Positions 27,894 through 37,795 are shown, counted from the first letter of the stretch. The stretch: 64,000 bases of DNA from an uncultured bacterium (GCA_963713925.1 OY970212.1:1212274-1276273), one strand, 5' to 3'. Notes: a model not told the origin generated them from the letters alone. Made by a program: numbers and translations.

Positions 27894-29495
27894 ATGAAGC
27901 CACATACCCCTCTTGCACTTGTTATCCTCGACGGATTCGGCATTGCCGAACCCAATCCAGGCAATGCGGTAACCAGTGCAAAAACTCCCACTTTAGATCA
28001 ATTGATGAAAAACTATCCTCACACGCAGCTGAAAGCAAGCGGCAGCGCAGTGGGACTGCCTGATGGAGTTGTTGGCAACTCCGAAGTTGGACATATGACC
28101 ATTGGCACAGGACAGATCATTAAACAGGCGTTGACGATTATTAACGATGCAATCGCCGACGGATCCTTTTTTACCAATGAGCGGCTCATGCGTCCACTCA
28201 AACAGCTTGCGCTCAGTGGCAAGACTTCGCATATTATCGGTCTTTTGTCTGATGCCGGTGTACATGGAACCATGAATCATTTGATTGCCTATGCTCAGGC
28301 TGCTGAAAGTGCCGGCGTAAAAAAGATTGTCATTCATCCCATTTTAGATGGTCGAGATGTTCCACCCAAAAGCGCTGCACACTATTTGACCGATCTTGAA
28401 AAAGAATTGCAGAATATCCCTCATGCTCATATTGGAACTCTCAGTGGTAGATTTTATGCAATGGACCGCAATCGCAACTGGGATCGCACCTGCAAAACAT
28501 ATGAAGCACTAAAAACCCCAAATCTTTACCCAAATTTCACTCTGTTCCATTTGGGACCCGAACACAGTATGAGGGGGGTAAGTTCGTGGCAAAAAACTCT
28601 TGATGCCTGGTATGCCACTGGTGAAAGTGAAGAATTTCTTCCACCGATCACACTATCCCATTTTGTCATTGAATCGGGTGATGGTGTAATTCTGGCAAAC
28701 TTTCGCCCCGAGCGCATGCGGCAGCTTTATGACCTTTTGACTGGACAAGCGCCAACAAATTGCGCACAACCGACTGTTAACCTTTCTTTCTGCCTGACAG
28801 CCGTCAAATATACGGACTCAGATACTTCTGCATTGTTTGAAATTGAAAAACCATCCGTGCTTCACTTGTCCGGGCGTTCAGCTCGGCAAGTTACGCAGGA
28901 CAGGACAACCCTCAAGCAGGAATTAAGCAAAGCAGGTTATTCGATCTTCTCAATTGCGGAAACTGAAAAATACGCACATGTCACCTATTTTTTTGATGCG
29001 GGAAACGATAAACCATACCCTCATGAGCAACAGATATTAATTCCTTCAATAAAAGCGCGAACATACATTGATTATCCGTGCATGTCTGCCCCTGAAATCA
29101 CGCAGGCTGTGATTCATTCACTTGAAAACAACCCGGCCGATTTTTATTTGATTAACTATGCAAATGGAGACATGGTTGGCCATTCAGGCTCATTGCCCGC
29201 AGCAATCAAAGCAGTCGAATGTTTGGATAAGCAAATAGGAGATTTGTATCGTGAATTTGTGCAAAAAAGAAATGGCGTCTTAATTATCACTGCCGATCAT
29301 GGCAATGTCGAAAAGATGATCGATGAACATGGCAATCCTGACACTGCACATACGACAAATGATGTTCCATTCATTATTGTGAGTAAAAACAGCAAACAAT
29401 ATTCGCTTGATGGTTTGCATGGACTTTCCGATATTGCACCATTTATTTTGCATATGTTAGACCTAACAACTCCAAAGATAATGCAAAGGACCTGA
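27894..29495 (+). CDS. gpmI: 2,3-bisphosphoglycerate-independent phosphoglycerate mutase, with two repeat-derived in-frame segments
   Basis: iPGM blocks LVILDGFGI, GNSEVGHMTIGTG, ILDGRDVPP, FYAMDRNRNWDR, IAETEKYAHVTYFFDAG, MVGHSG and ADHGN. Segments at 28527-28559 and 28853-28904 match intergenic repeat families. Confidence 0.95.
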   Translation: MKPHTPLALVILDGFGIAEPNPGNAVTSAKTPTLDQLMKNYPHTQLKASGSAVGLPDGVVGNSEVGHMTIGTGQIIKQALTIINDAIADGSFFTNERLMRPLKQLALSGKTSHIIGLLSDAGVHGTMNHLIAYAQAAESAGVKKIVIHPILDGRDVPPKSAAHYLTDLEKELQNIPHAHIGTLSGRFYAMDRNRNWDRTCKTYEALKTPNLYPNFTLFHLGPEHSMRGVSSWQKTLDAWYATGESEEFLPPITLSHFVIESGDGVILANFRPERMRQLYDLLTGQAPTNCAQPTVNLSFCLTAVKYTDSDTSALFEIEKPSVLHLSGRSARQVTQDRTTLKQELSKAGYSIFSIAETEKYAHVTYFFDAGNDKPYPHEQQILIPSIKARTYIDYPCMSAPEITQAVIHSLENNPADFYLINYANGDMVGHSGSLPAAIKAVECLDKQIGDLYREFVQKRNGVLIITADHGNVEKMIDEHGNPDTAHTTNDVPFIIVSKNSKQYSLDGLHGLSDIAPFILHMLDLTTPKIMQRT

Positions 29496-29511
29496 GAAAT
29501 CAGGCCTTTGC

Positions 29512-30078
29512 TTATTTTACTGGTTTTGCATAATAGACAAAGGAATTATCTCTTCGAGTTTCTTTAAAGCCCTTTTTGAGATACACCTTTTGTGCGCGAA
29601 CATTTTCAAGGCGAGTGCCGAGAGTCACTTCCGAAACGCCCTCTTTGGCCATGTGATCAATAGCATAATCGATTAATTTTTGAGCATAACCTTGCCCACG
29701 ATATTCGGGACGCACTGCCAAGAAATTGATAAAGCCTTCATAAAAATTTTTCACATAATAGGCTGTAAATCCAACGAATTTTCCATCTTTTCGCGCGACA
29801 ATGATCTTATATTGTCCTGCATAACTTGGGTCACGGGGAGATAAATTGATAAGCATATTATCAACAGAGAAGCCTTCTCCCTCAACAAGCCACCACCAAT
29901 CTTCTTTCATGAGCTTTCTAATGTCATCCGAATCTCGCTTATAATCGAAAACAAAAAGATCAGAATAATCACGACTGATGGTCGGAGTGCTTTTAAAGGT
30001 ATACAAACCTATAATGCCCACACTTACTGCAGTCAATAAAAGCAGGGCACTTAAAAATATTTTTTTTGTAAAATTCAT
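29512..30078 (-). CDS. GNAT-family N-acetyltransferase with N-terminal membrane anchor
   Basis: Acetyl-CoA motif FLAVRPEYRGQGYAQKLIDYAI. TM helix at the N-terminus. Confidence 0.8.
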   Translation of the reverse strand: MNFTKKIFLSALLLLTAVSVGIIGLYTFKSTPTISRDYSDLFVFDYKRDSDDIRKLMKEDWWWLVEGEGFSVDNMLINLSPRDPSYAGQYKIIVARKDGKFVGFTAYYVKNFYEGFINFLAVRPEYRGQGYAQKLIDYAIDHMAKEGVSEVTLGTRLENVRAQKVYLKKGFKETRRDNSFVYYAKPVK

Positions 30079-30169
30079 AGCATTCCTATTGGAAAAATAT
30101 ATGCATCAGTGTAGATATTTTGTACTGTGCTTGCAAATAGATTATCAAAGTAGCATTTCTGCGTGGAGA

Positions 30170-30517
30170 CTAATCTTTAATCACTCTCACCCACACAGGA
30201 ACTATCCCATATGAATGTAACTCATGTGTAAAACACTCTCCCGCATCCTCGGGAACTGTAATTGAAACGCTTGTATACGTAATGTACACGTGCCACCCTC
30301 TATCAGAAGCATTTTGCTTAATTCCCCAAATATATTGGGATTTGCTTGGTGGAATGGGCAATTCGGCATGATACTCAATTGGATAACCTTCCCATTTTAA
30401 AATCAAATTTTGAGTGATTGATTCGGGCGTCATGACATCTTGACCCATAACCCATGGCAGCATCGAACAAATCGGTAAAGTGTTCATGAGAAGGGTTATA
30501 ATAATAATTTTTTTCAT
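30170..30517 (-). CDS. hypothetical small secreted protein
   Basis: 115 aa. Signal peptide MKKIIIITLLMNTLPICS. No family recognised. Confidence 0.5.
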   Translation of the reverse strand: MKKIIIITLLMNTLPICSMLPWVMGQDVMTPESITQNLILKWEGYPIEYHAELPIPPSKSQYIWGIKQNASDRGWHVYITYTSVSITVPEDAGECFTHELHSYGIVPVWVRVIKD

Positions 30518-30528
30518 AGATGACGTCT

Positions 30529-30852
30529 TTACGATTGCCGTAACGGCTTTGTGGTAATTAATCTTAATTTTTCAGACACTACGTCCATTTCTTCTCGAGA
30601 AACAATAGCAAATATTGAAACTACTCTGCTTTCTACAGGCCAATCTGTTCTTAGGCTTCCGCGATTCATAAAACTACAAGTCGCACGTGCTTCATCTAAC
30701 ATTTTTGTCACTTTAGGAAGCTCATTTCTCTTGAATGAAAATGGTTTCTCCCGTGCATCTGAATTTTGTATAAATACACTAAATTCCTCTTGATTGTCGG
30801 AGCATCGGCTCATTCCGGTAGATACAATAAGACAAAAAATAATTTGTAGCAT
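30529..30852 (-). CDS. hypothetical small secreted/lipoprotein-like protein
   Basis: Start set at MLQIIFCLIVSTGMSRC. This avoids the overlap with truA that the longer track ORF creates. Confidence 0.45.
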   Translation of the reverse strand: MLQIIFCLIVSTGMSRCSDNQEEFSVFIQNSDAREKPFSFKRNELPKVTKMLDEARATCSFMNRGSLRTDWPVESRVVSIFAIVSREEMDVVSEKLRLITTKPLRQS

Positions 30853-30856
30853 AGCT

Positions 30857-31603
30857 TCACCTCTTATAGCGCACCTTATACAATAATAAACCTTGTGCCG
30901 GAGCATTTATAAGTTCTTGACGAGCATTTTTTTCTTCGAATGCTTGCATGATCAGTTCTGACGAACGCTTCTTTGAAATCGCAATGCTCATTGCCGCTCC
31001 CACCATACGACGAATCATGTGTCGCATAAACGTATGCCCGACAACGGTAACTCGGTATACATCATACCGACGAAAATAATGCATATCAATGGATTGAATA
31101 GTTCGCACTGTATCTTCTCGCTGATCATCTTGGCAGCGAAATGAAGCAAAATCATGTGTTCCGACAAATAAATGCAGTGAGTCTCGCAGCTTCTGTTCAT
31201 CAACATCGTGCCGCACGTGCCAGCCATAGGGAGCCATCATGGGCAACGGTCTGTTTTGGAAAAAATGATACTGATATATTTTTTGAGTCACATCATCGTA
31301 CAAATCAAAATCATCGGAAGCAATCTCAGCAGAGCGAATTAAAATGTCTGCAGGCAGACGATTGTTGAGCGCAAATTTGAGTCGCTCAGGATCAACGATA
31401 ATTTCAGTCTTGAGGAGAGCAACTTGCCCAAGCGCGTGCACACCCGCATCAGTGCGCGAGACACCTTTTACTTTACACGGAGTTGAAAAGATTTTTTCAA
31501 ATGTTTTGGAAATTTCAGATGAAACGGATGGCAGGCTTGTTTGTGCCTGCCATCCAAAATAGTGTGTGCCCGAGTAGGCTATGAGAAGTTTGTAGTGAAA
31601 CAT
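30857..31603 (-). CDS. truA: tRNA pseudouridine(38-40) synthase
   Basis: IAYSGTHYFGWQAQ and the catalytic block SRTDAGVHALGQV. Confidence 0.9.
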   Translation of the reverse strand: MFHYKLLIAYSGTHYFGWQAQTSLPSVSSEISKTFEKIFSTPCKVKGVSRTDAGVHALGQVALLKTEIIVDPERLKFALNNRLPADILIRSAEIASDDFDLYDDVTQKIYQYHFFQNRPLPMMAPYGWHVRHDVDEQKLRDSLHLFVGTHDFASFRCQDDQREDTVRTIQSIDMHYFRRYDVYRVTVVGHTFMRHMIRRMVGAAMSIAISKKRSSELIMQAFEEKNARQELINAPAQGLLLYKVRYKR

Positions 31604-31693
31604 AGAGAGCCGTTTTATATATCAATGCTTACCAATTTGAGAAATATATTTATAAAATTTTGATGTTTTTTTAAGACAATGCTTCTAATCATA

Positions 31694-31864
31694 CTATTTT
31701 TGTTTTCTCTGAATTTGCGCTTGGATTTTCTTCAAATCGGGAAAAAGTTCATTGAGTCTAATATCGTTATCTCTTAAATGGCTTATTAATTTAACAATAC
31801 CATCAATCTCTTTCTGAGGTCTCCCCGCAAAAAACTTTTTAAAATCTTTTTCATTATCTTCCAT
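31694..31864 (-). CDS. possible 56-aa ORF (below the track cutoff)
   Basis: My translation reads MEDNEKDFKKFFAGRPQKEIDGIVKLISHLRDNDIRLNELFPDLKKIQAQIQRKQK. It is the only open frame in the 327-bp gap. No family recognised. Confidence 0.25.
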   Translation of the reverse strand: MEDNEKDFKKFFAGRPQKEIDGIVKLISHLRDNDIRLNELFPDLKKIQAQIQRKQK

Positions 31865-31930
31865 AAGCTTGGCTCAGACATAACATTGGTTCCATGCTGC
31901 TTAATAAAGTTAATAAATCGGGCGTGGTAT

Positions 31931-32278
31931 TCATCCAAGAGTATTAAGCGCCTTACGCAATCGTTCTGCTTGAATTGTATTGTTGATTACCACATCGCCT
32001 ATAACCGATGATTTTATTTTTTTGAACGGATCAGCTTCAACGTAACGAACTGTTACGCCAAGATCTGCAAGAGCACTGTTGAGCGGATTCCAATCATTGT
32101 GTCGTAGAGATACATGCGCTGACCACGCATAATACACTTCGTTATCAGCACCAATGCCAGGATCATATGCTATTGCACGTACACCGAGTTTAAAGGGAAT
32201 CATTGCTTGACTTGCGATGCTTGCTTGAACGAAGAAAATGGAGAAAACAAATAACAATTTACATTTCATAAAAATCAA
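31931..32278 (-). CDS. hypothetical small secreted protein
   Basis: 115 aa. Signal peptide ...KLLFVFSIFFVQASIASQA. Confidence 0.5.
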   Translation of the reverse strand: MIFMKCKLLFVFSIFFVQASIASQAMIPFKLGVRAIAYDPGIGADNEVYYAWSAHVSLRHNDWNPLNSALADLGVTVRYVEADPFKKIKSSVIGDVVINNTIQAERLRKALNTLG

Positions 32279-32296
32279 CCTCCAAGGCTATCGCAC

Positions 32297-32785
32297 CTAA
32301 TTATTTTTGCACTTTAATTCTAGTAGTTTTTCGATTAAGTCGCGATCATCTTTGTATTTTTCTTTAAAACCTCGAAGATTTTCTTCAGCCGATTCAATAA
32401 TCTCCGGACTTGAATGCCGCTCTATCCCACGCATATTTATGAAATTAACCAGGTTGTAATGATACTCCGCGGGGAGTCTAACTACTCCCCCCATAACGGT
32501 CACTTTAGAAAAATCGGTTTTATTTGTTAAGCGATTGATCGATCCATATTCATTGACAACTATGATCTTATTTTTAAACAAAAATAAAAAACAACAGAGT
32601 TGCATACGATTGACATTTTTATTGAGCTTGAACTTGTACGTAGCAAATGGTTTACCTACGGAAATGTCCTCATCTGCAGCTCCGGCAACTTCAAGAGATA
32701 CTGTACAAGATCCCTTCAAAAACTGCTCGGAAGCAGAGCAATTCAACGAAAGAAAACAAGAGAAAAAAATAATATGCAATTTCAT
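32297..32785 (-). CDS. hypothetical secreted protein
   Basis: Start set at MKLHIIFFSCFLSLNCSA, which is a signal peptide. Confidence 0.5.
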   Translation of the reverse strand: MKLHIIFFSCFLSLNCSASEQFLKGSCTVSLEVAGAADEDISVGKPFATYKFKLNKNVNRMQLCCFLFLFKNKIIVVNEYGSINRLTNKTDFSKVTVMGGVVRLPAEYHYNLVNFINMRGIERHSSPEIIESAEENLRGFKEKYKDDRDLIEKLLELKCKNN

Positions 32786-32828
32786 AAAAATATAACCTCC
32801 ATCATTTTGATACATTAAAAATCGCCCG

Positions 32829-34622
32829 TTATCGCAACGCCGCGCGCAAGACTTTCTTACGCAGACGGATGCTGAGCGGAGTCACTTCAATAAGTTCATC
32901 CGGTTTGATCCATTCCATACATTGCTCAAGTTCCATTTTTTTTGCTGGAGCAAGTCGTACTTGATCATCAGTTCCTGATGCACGCATGTTGGTCAATTTC
33001 TTCAACTTGCATGGATTTACATCAAGATCGTTGTCTCGAGCACATTCTCCAACAATTTGACCTTCGTAAATCTGATCGGTTGGCTCAACAAACAATGTTC
33101 CTCGCTCTTGCAAGGTATCAAGCGCGAATGCTGTTACCTGACCTTGTTCGATTGAAACAAGCGCACCTTTTGTACGAGTTGGAATTTCACCTTTGTATGG
33201 TTGGTAGCCATGGAAGCTCATGGTCAAGAGGCCGGTTCCACGCGTATCGGTTAAAAACTGTCCACGGAAACCAATAAGCGCACGTGATGGAATTAAATAT
33301 TCAAGACGCACACGACCATTATCATACGTTGCCATATGTTTCATATCGCCTTTGCGACGACCCATATTTTCCATAACCGCGCCTTGATATTCTGCAGGCA
33401 CATCTATCACAACAAATTCAATCGGTTCATTTTTAACGCCGTCAATTGTTTTATAAATAACTTCAGGTGCTGAAACTTGCATTTCAAACCCTTCACGGCG
33501 CATGGTTTCAATCAAAATACCCAAATGCATTTGTCCACGACCGGAAAGCTTGAATGCGTCTGCAGATTGTGTCGGCTCAACACGAAGTGCAACGTTTGTT
33601 TTAAGTTCTTTTTCAAGACGATCTTTGATCTGACGTGAGGTAAGCAACTTGCCTTCTCTGCCGTTGAATGGAGAATCGTTTACCGACATATACATCGAAA
33701 CAGTAGGCTCATCCACCTTTACATATGGATACGGAGCCGGATGCTCAACATCACAGAGCGTTGTTCCGATTGAAGTCGGCTCATTAAACCCGGTTACGGC
33801 AACAATATCGCCATATTTTGCTTCGGGAGTTTCAACTTTTGCGAGCCCGATAAATTTAAAAATTTTGGTGATTTTAATAGGTTTGCTGACAAACTCATCT
33901 TTACACATAATGACTTGGCTGCCGACCTTCATGCTGCCGCTGAAAATACGGCCAACTGCAATGGGCCCCAAGAAATCGGAGTGGTCAAGATTGGTAACGA
34001 GCATTTGCAATGTATCAATTTTAGGGGAAGGAGCAGGAACATGCCCAACAATTGCTTCAAAGAGCGGTTGCATGGTTCCTTCACGCTTGGTTGAATCTTG
34101 AGACGCATAACCAAAACGAGACGATCCGTAAAACACCGGAAAATCTAACTGACTTTCATCTGTAGCTAAATCTAAAAACAGGTCATGCACCAAGCCTTCA
34201 GTGCGTGCAATGTCTGCATCTTTACGGTCAATTTTGTTAATTACCACGATTGGCTTAAGCCCGAGCGCCAAGGCTTTTTGCAACACAAAACGGGTTCCTG
34301 GCAATACACCTTCAGCGGCATCGACAATTAAAAGGAAACCTTCGACCATCTGCAATGTTCGTTCAACTTCTCCACCAAAGTCACTGTGACCGGGGGTGTC
34401 TACGATATTAATGGTATATCCGTTCCAGGTTATACCGGTATTTTTTGCCAAAATGGTAATACCGCGTTCACGCTCAAGATCATTTGAGTCCATGACACGC
34501 TCGGTCTGCATATCCTGCAGGGTGCCTGATTGGCGTAAAAGTTGGTCGACGAGGGTCGTTTTTCCATGGTCAACGTGAGCAATGATAGCGACGTTACGAA
34601 CATCTGTACGTTTTGTATTCAT
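32829..34622 (-). CDS. typA: translational GTPase TypA/BipA
   Basis: G motifs [24 protein letters not shown] and NKIDR. EF-G-like domains without domain IV, and a BipA-type C-terminus. Start set at [14 protein letters not shown]. Confidence 0.95.
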   Translation of the reverse strand: MNTKRTDVRNVAIIAHVDHGKTTLVDQLLRQSGTLQDMQTERVMDSNDLERERGITILAKNTGITWNGYTINIVDTPGHSDFGGEVERTLQMVEGFLLIVDAAEGVLPGTRFVLQKALALGLKPIVVINKIDRKDADIARTEGLVHDLFLDLATDESQLDFPVFYGSSRFGYASQDSTKREGTMQPLFEAIVGHVPAPSPKIDTLQMLVTNLDHSDFLGPIAVGRIFSGSMKVGSQVIMCKDEFVSKPIKITKIFKFIGLAKVETPEAKYGDIVAVTGFNEPTSIGTTLCDVEHPAPYPYVKVDEPTVSMYMSVNDSPFNGREGKLLTSRQIKDRLEKELKTNVALRVEPTQSADAFKLSGRGQMHLGILIETMRREGFEMQVSAPEVIYKTIDGVKNEPIEFVVIDVPAEYQGAVMENMGRRKGDMKHMATYDNGRVRLEYLIPSRALIGFRGQFLTDTRGTGLLTMSFHGYQPYKGEIPTRTKGALVSIEQGQVTAFALDTLQERGTLFVEPTDQIYEGQIVGECARDNDLDVNPCKLKKLTNMRASGTDDQVRLAPAKKMELEQCMEWIKPDELIEVTPLSIRLRKKVLRAALR

Positions 34623-34834
34623 AGGTATTGGGATCTCCAAGTTCAAAAGAGGCAATGGGCAATCGATGTGCCCATTGTAAAAAGCTTTTCTTAATTTCTA
34701 TTCTAACATTAGAAATTCAAATTGCATAGAGGATTATTGGGACCCAAGCGTAACTCATGGAGCTTGGGATAAAAAAAGGGTCCACCTGAAAAAGTGAACC
34801 CTTTTTTATGTAATCTGAGACTACCGTGAAAATC

Positions 34835-35122
34835 TTAGATTGTTGGTGCTGCGTATGGAAGAAGTCCCATAACACGAGCTTTTCTGATTTCACGAGCCAA
34901 CAAACGTTGGTATTTTGCACAATTGCCCGAAATTCGGGATGACAATATTTTGCCACGCTCTGTTAAAAAGCCGCGCAAAAACTGAGCATTTTTGTAATCA
35001 ATCATAGCAACCATTTCCGGGTTATTGGAAAAACGGCAATGCTTGCTCGAACCGAAACCTTGGCGACGGTTTCTTTTTTTGAGGAGTCGGGCACTAATTT
35101 TAAGTTTGATTTTCTTTGTCAT
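34835..35122 (-). CDS. rpsR: 30S ribosomal protein S18
   Basis: IDYKNAQFLRGFLTERGKILSSRISGNCAKYQRLLAREIRKARVMGLLPY. Confidence 0.9.
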   Translation of the reverse strand: MTKKIKLKISARLLKKRNRRQGFGSSKHCRFSNNPEMVAMIDYKNAQFLRGFLTERGKILSSRISGNCAKYQRLLAREIRKARVMGLLPYAAPTI

Positions 35123-35221
35123 AATCGTTTCCTTTACCCAATTTCTTACCCAAATTTCGCTTAAGCTTCATTTGGGGCCCTATTTTTCAATTTAGGCTTG
35201 GGACCAAAATCTATAATAAAT

Positions 35222-35641
35222 TTACGCTTCGAGATCTTGCATATCGTCTGAACTGCTGGCAGCATTTCTTTCCGCAGCCGCTGCTGATTCACGAGAAGGA
35301 ACTTCTTCTAGTGATTGAGGGCGATGGTATGCCAAAGAGGCAGTTGCAGGAAGAACATTGACCATATCGCGCATAACAGTATCATTGAGCTTTACAATCA
35401 TGAGGTTTTTGACTGCTGATACGATCGCAGCATTTTTTTCAGCTTCAAAGCGAGCCAAGAAATAAACGCCATATTCATTTTTTTTGATCGGGTATGCTAA
35501 GCGATATTTTCCCCATCGCTCGAATGAAATCATGGAACCCTTATTTTCAGCAACCACTCGAGAGATCTGAGACTCTATATTTTTAGCCTCATCCTGAGTA
35601 AGCGTAGGAACGGCAAGCACTAATGCTTCGTAACGTACCAT
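35222..35641 (-). CDS. rpsF: 30S ribosomal protein S6
   Basis: MVRYEALVLAVP..., WGKYRLAYPIKK and an acidic C-terminal tail. Confidence 0.9.
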   Translation of the reverse strand: MVRYEALVLAVPTLTQDEAKNIESQISRVVAENKGSMISFERWGKYRLAYPIKKNEYGVYFLARFEAEKNAAIVSAVKNLMIVKLNDTVMRDMVNVLPATASLAYHRPQSLEEVPSRESAAAAERNAASSSDDMQDLEA

Positions 35642-35765
35642 AATTGGTAACTCCTGGAAGTGTGAATAACACTATAAAGCACTAAAGCGCCGCTTTATTT
35701 AACGCAAAGTCTAACAAAGACTCATGTATTAAATGTAACAAAAATAGGCTAAATTACTAGGTTTT

Positions 35766-36413
35766 TTAGAAAATCATGTATATGAAAAAGACCAACATTC
35801 CCGTTGCCAACATTCCATCCATACGGTCCAAGAGCCCTCCATGGCCAGGCAGCAAGTTGCCTGAATCTTTTACCCCTGCCTTACGCTTAATCCACGATTC
35901 AAAAAGGTCTCCCGCAAGAGCCGCCACCGAAAGGAGAATACCGACAACGCTTACCGCTATAACGCCCTCTAAGCTTGAAGCTGTCCGTATAAAAGCATAC
36001 ACGTTAAGGGATATCACTACCGCCAACAATCCTGATAAAAACCCTTCAACCGTTTTCCCGGGGCTAATTGAGGGGGCTATGGGCGTTTTACCCCATCGTT
36101 TTCCTGCAAGATAGCTTGTAGTATCAAAGAGAGGGGTCCATATAAAAATCAAGCTTGATTGAGGGTGAAAATACTGATTCAAATAAATCAGTATCAAGCA
36201 GGGAAAAACGGGATATATCAGGCCTGTAAGGATCCAAGGGACAGGGCATTTGTTCTGCAGTTGTGGCCATTCAACAAGATACATATAAAGAGCCGCAACA
36301 CCTAAGAGCACTGAAAAATAAATAGGCGGCAATATAAAGAGAAAGAGAATCAACCCTCCGATGAGCACCAATGATGTCACAACCCGATAAAAAAATTCTG
36401 AGGCTATCATCAT
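35766..36413 (-). CDS. cdsA: phosphatidate cytidylyltransferase
   Basis: Polytopic membrane protein with the CdsA signature SWIKRKAGVKDSGNLLPGHGGLLDRMDG. Confidence 0.9.
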   Translation of the reverse strand: MMIASEFFYRVVTSLVLIGGLILFLFILPPIYFSVLLGVAALYMYLVEWPQLQNKCPVPWILTGLIYPVFPCLILIYLNQYFHPQSSLIFIWTPLFDTTSYLAGKRWGKTPIAPSISPGKTVEGFLSGLLAVVISLNVYAFIRTASSLEGVIAVSVVGILLSVAALAGDLFESWIKRKAGVKDSGNLLPGHGGLLDRMDGMLATGMLVFFIYMIF

Positions 36414-36817
36414 AGGTCCCGATCCGGAGAAAATGCGTTTTCGATATAGGTTATTGTATGGCTTCCCAACTGCCCTTCTACAATGGCCACATCAAAGCGA
36501 TAGCTCGTGGGTTTTGTGGTGTAGGAATTGATAAACAGATAAGCTGCCGATGCAACCCGATTTTGTTTTGAGACAGTAATAAGATCGGTATGATCAAACC
36601 ATGCTTTGGTTCGTTGCTTAACCTCAACAAACACCACCAGGTCACCCTTGTGCATGATCAAATCAACTTCGCCCGTTTTGGTGCGATAGCTATGTTCCAA
36701 AAGCGCAAAGCCGTTTGATTCCATGTGCGCGGCCACGAGCAATTCAGCCTGAGCCCCTTGAGTTAGCCGAGTCCCAAACCCTTCAGGTTTACGACTCGGA
36801 GCCAGAGTGCGTTTCAT
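36410..36817 (-). CDS. YraN-family (UPF0102) endonuclease-like protein
   Basis: GEVDLIMHKGDLVVFVEVKQR core. Its 3' end overlaps the start of cdsA by 4 nt. Confidence 0.8.
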   Translation of the reverse strand: MKRTLAPSRKPEGFGTRLTQGAQAELLVAAHMESNGFALLEHSYRTKTGEVDLIMHKGDLVVFVEVKQRTKAWFDHTDLITVSKQNRVASAAYLFINSYTTKPTSYRFDVAIVEGQLGSHTITYIENAFSPDRDL

Positions 36818-36820
36818 GAC

Positions 36821-37795
36821 TTAAAAGCGGTCAACCATGGAGACTTTTGTTTCCTGCGCGTCTTGCTCAGGCACTTCAAAGGCTGTTTCTTCTAAATATT
36901 TTTTAATGGCATCGCTATTTTGCGCAACGACCGACAACTGCGGAGCCTCGGTAGGGAAAAGTTTTGCAAAAGCGTCTTGCTTGCTGATGTTATGATATTC
37001 CGCAAATTTCGCTGCAATTTCATCTTTTTTGATTGCTAATTCAGTGTGCAAAAGCGCCACTTTTTCATGAATGTCAGGAATAATGGAGGTATAATTGCGC
37101 TCGATTGATTCAAGCCGTTTTTGAGCTGCAATGCAATTGCCCTTGATATTGAGGTAATAATCAAAAACATATCGCTCATGATCGAACAAGCGATTATAAC
37201 ATTGAGATTGTATAGATTTTACTTGGTCTTTAAAAAGCGTGAACGCATCTTGCCGAACCAAGAATTCTTGCGTCAATTTAATAGTATCTTGTGTCTTGGT
37301 TTGGTCGCGATCAAGCGCTAAAATGCTGTAAAAGCTGCACAAAATGGCTTGATAAAAGGCATATTCGGTTTTGTCTGAACTTGGATATAAAAAGGTATAT
37401 TCTTCATACATCTTCTGAGCGATCTTTAGGTTGCCATATTTAAAGTTCAAATCTGCAAGCTCAACCATAAGTTGGGCCTTCTTTTCAAGATCGTCGCAGA
37501 GTGGGACCATTTTTTCGACATACTTAATGGCAGTAAAGAAATCGTTTAATACGACCAACTCATTTTTACGAGCCTCAAGCTCAATTAGGTTCATGTACCG
37601 CATGGTTTTGTGCTCAACCTTAGGACGAGCATCACGATTCTCTTTGCGCTTCGTTCTGCCGCCTTTAAAATGTTTGTTTTCAGAAAAAGAGCTTGAGATT
37701 TGTTGTGCAACCCCAGCCGTTTCACCAGGTAAAAGCACCGTGTTTGATAAAATAAAAAGAGCAAAAATAAGTTGCGATAGTGGTATATAGTTCAT
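36821..37795 (-). CDS. BamD-like TPR outer-membrane assembly lipoprotein (tentative)
   Basis: Signal-like N-terminus from MNYIPLSQLIFALFILS. TPR-like helices. BamD-like block YEEYTFLYPSSDKTEYAFYQAILCSF. The track extension from 37948 is unlikely. Confidence 0.55.
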   Translation of the reverse strand: MNYIPLSQLIFALFILSNTVLLPGETAGVAQQISSSFSENKHFKGGRTKRKENRDARPKVEHKTMRYMNLIELEARKNELVVLNDFFTAIKYVEKMVPLCDDLEKKAQLMVELADLNFKYGNLKIAQKMYEEYTFLYPSSDKTEYAFYQAILCSFYSILALDRDQTKTQDTIKLTQEFLVRQDAFTLFKDQVKSIQSQCYNRLFDHERYVFDYYLNIKGNCIAAQKRLESIERNYTSIIPDIHEKVALLHTELAIKKDEIAAKFAEYHNISKQDAFAKLFPTEAPQLSVVAQNSDAIKKYLEETAFEVPEQDAQETKVSMVDRF

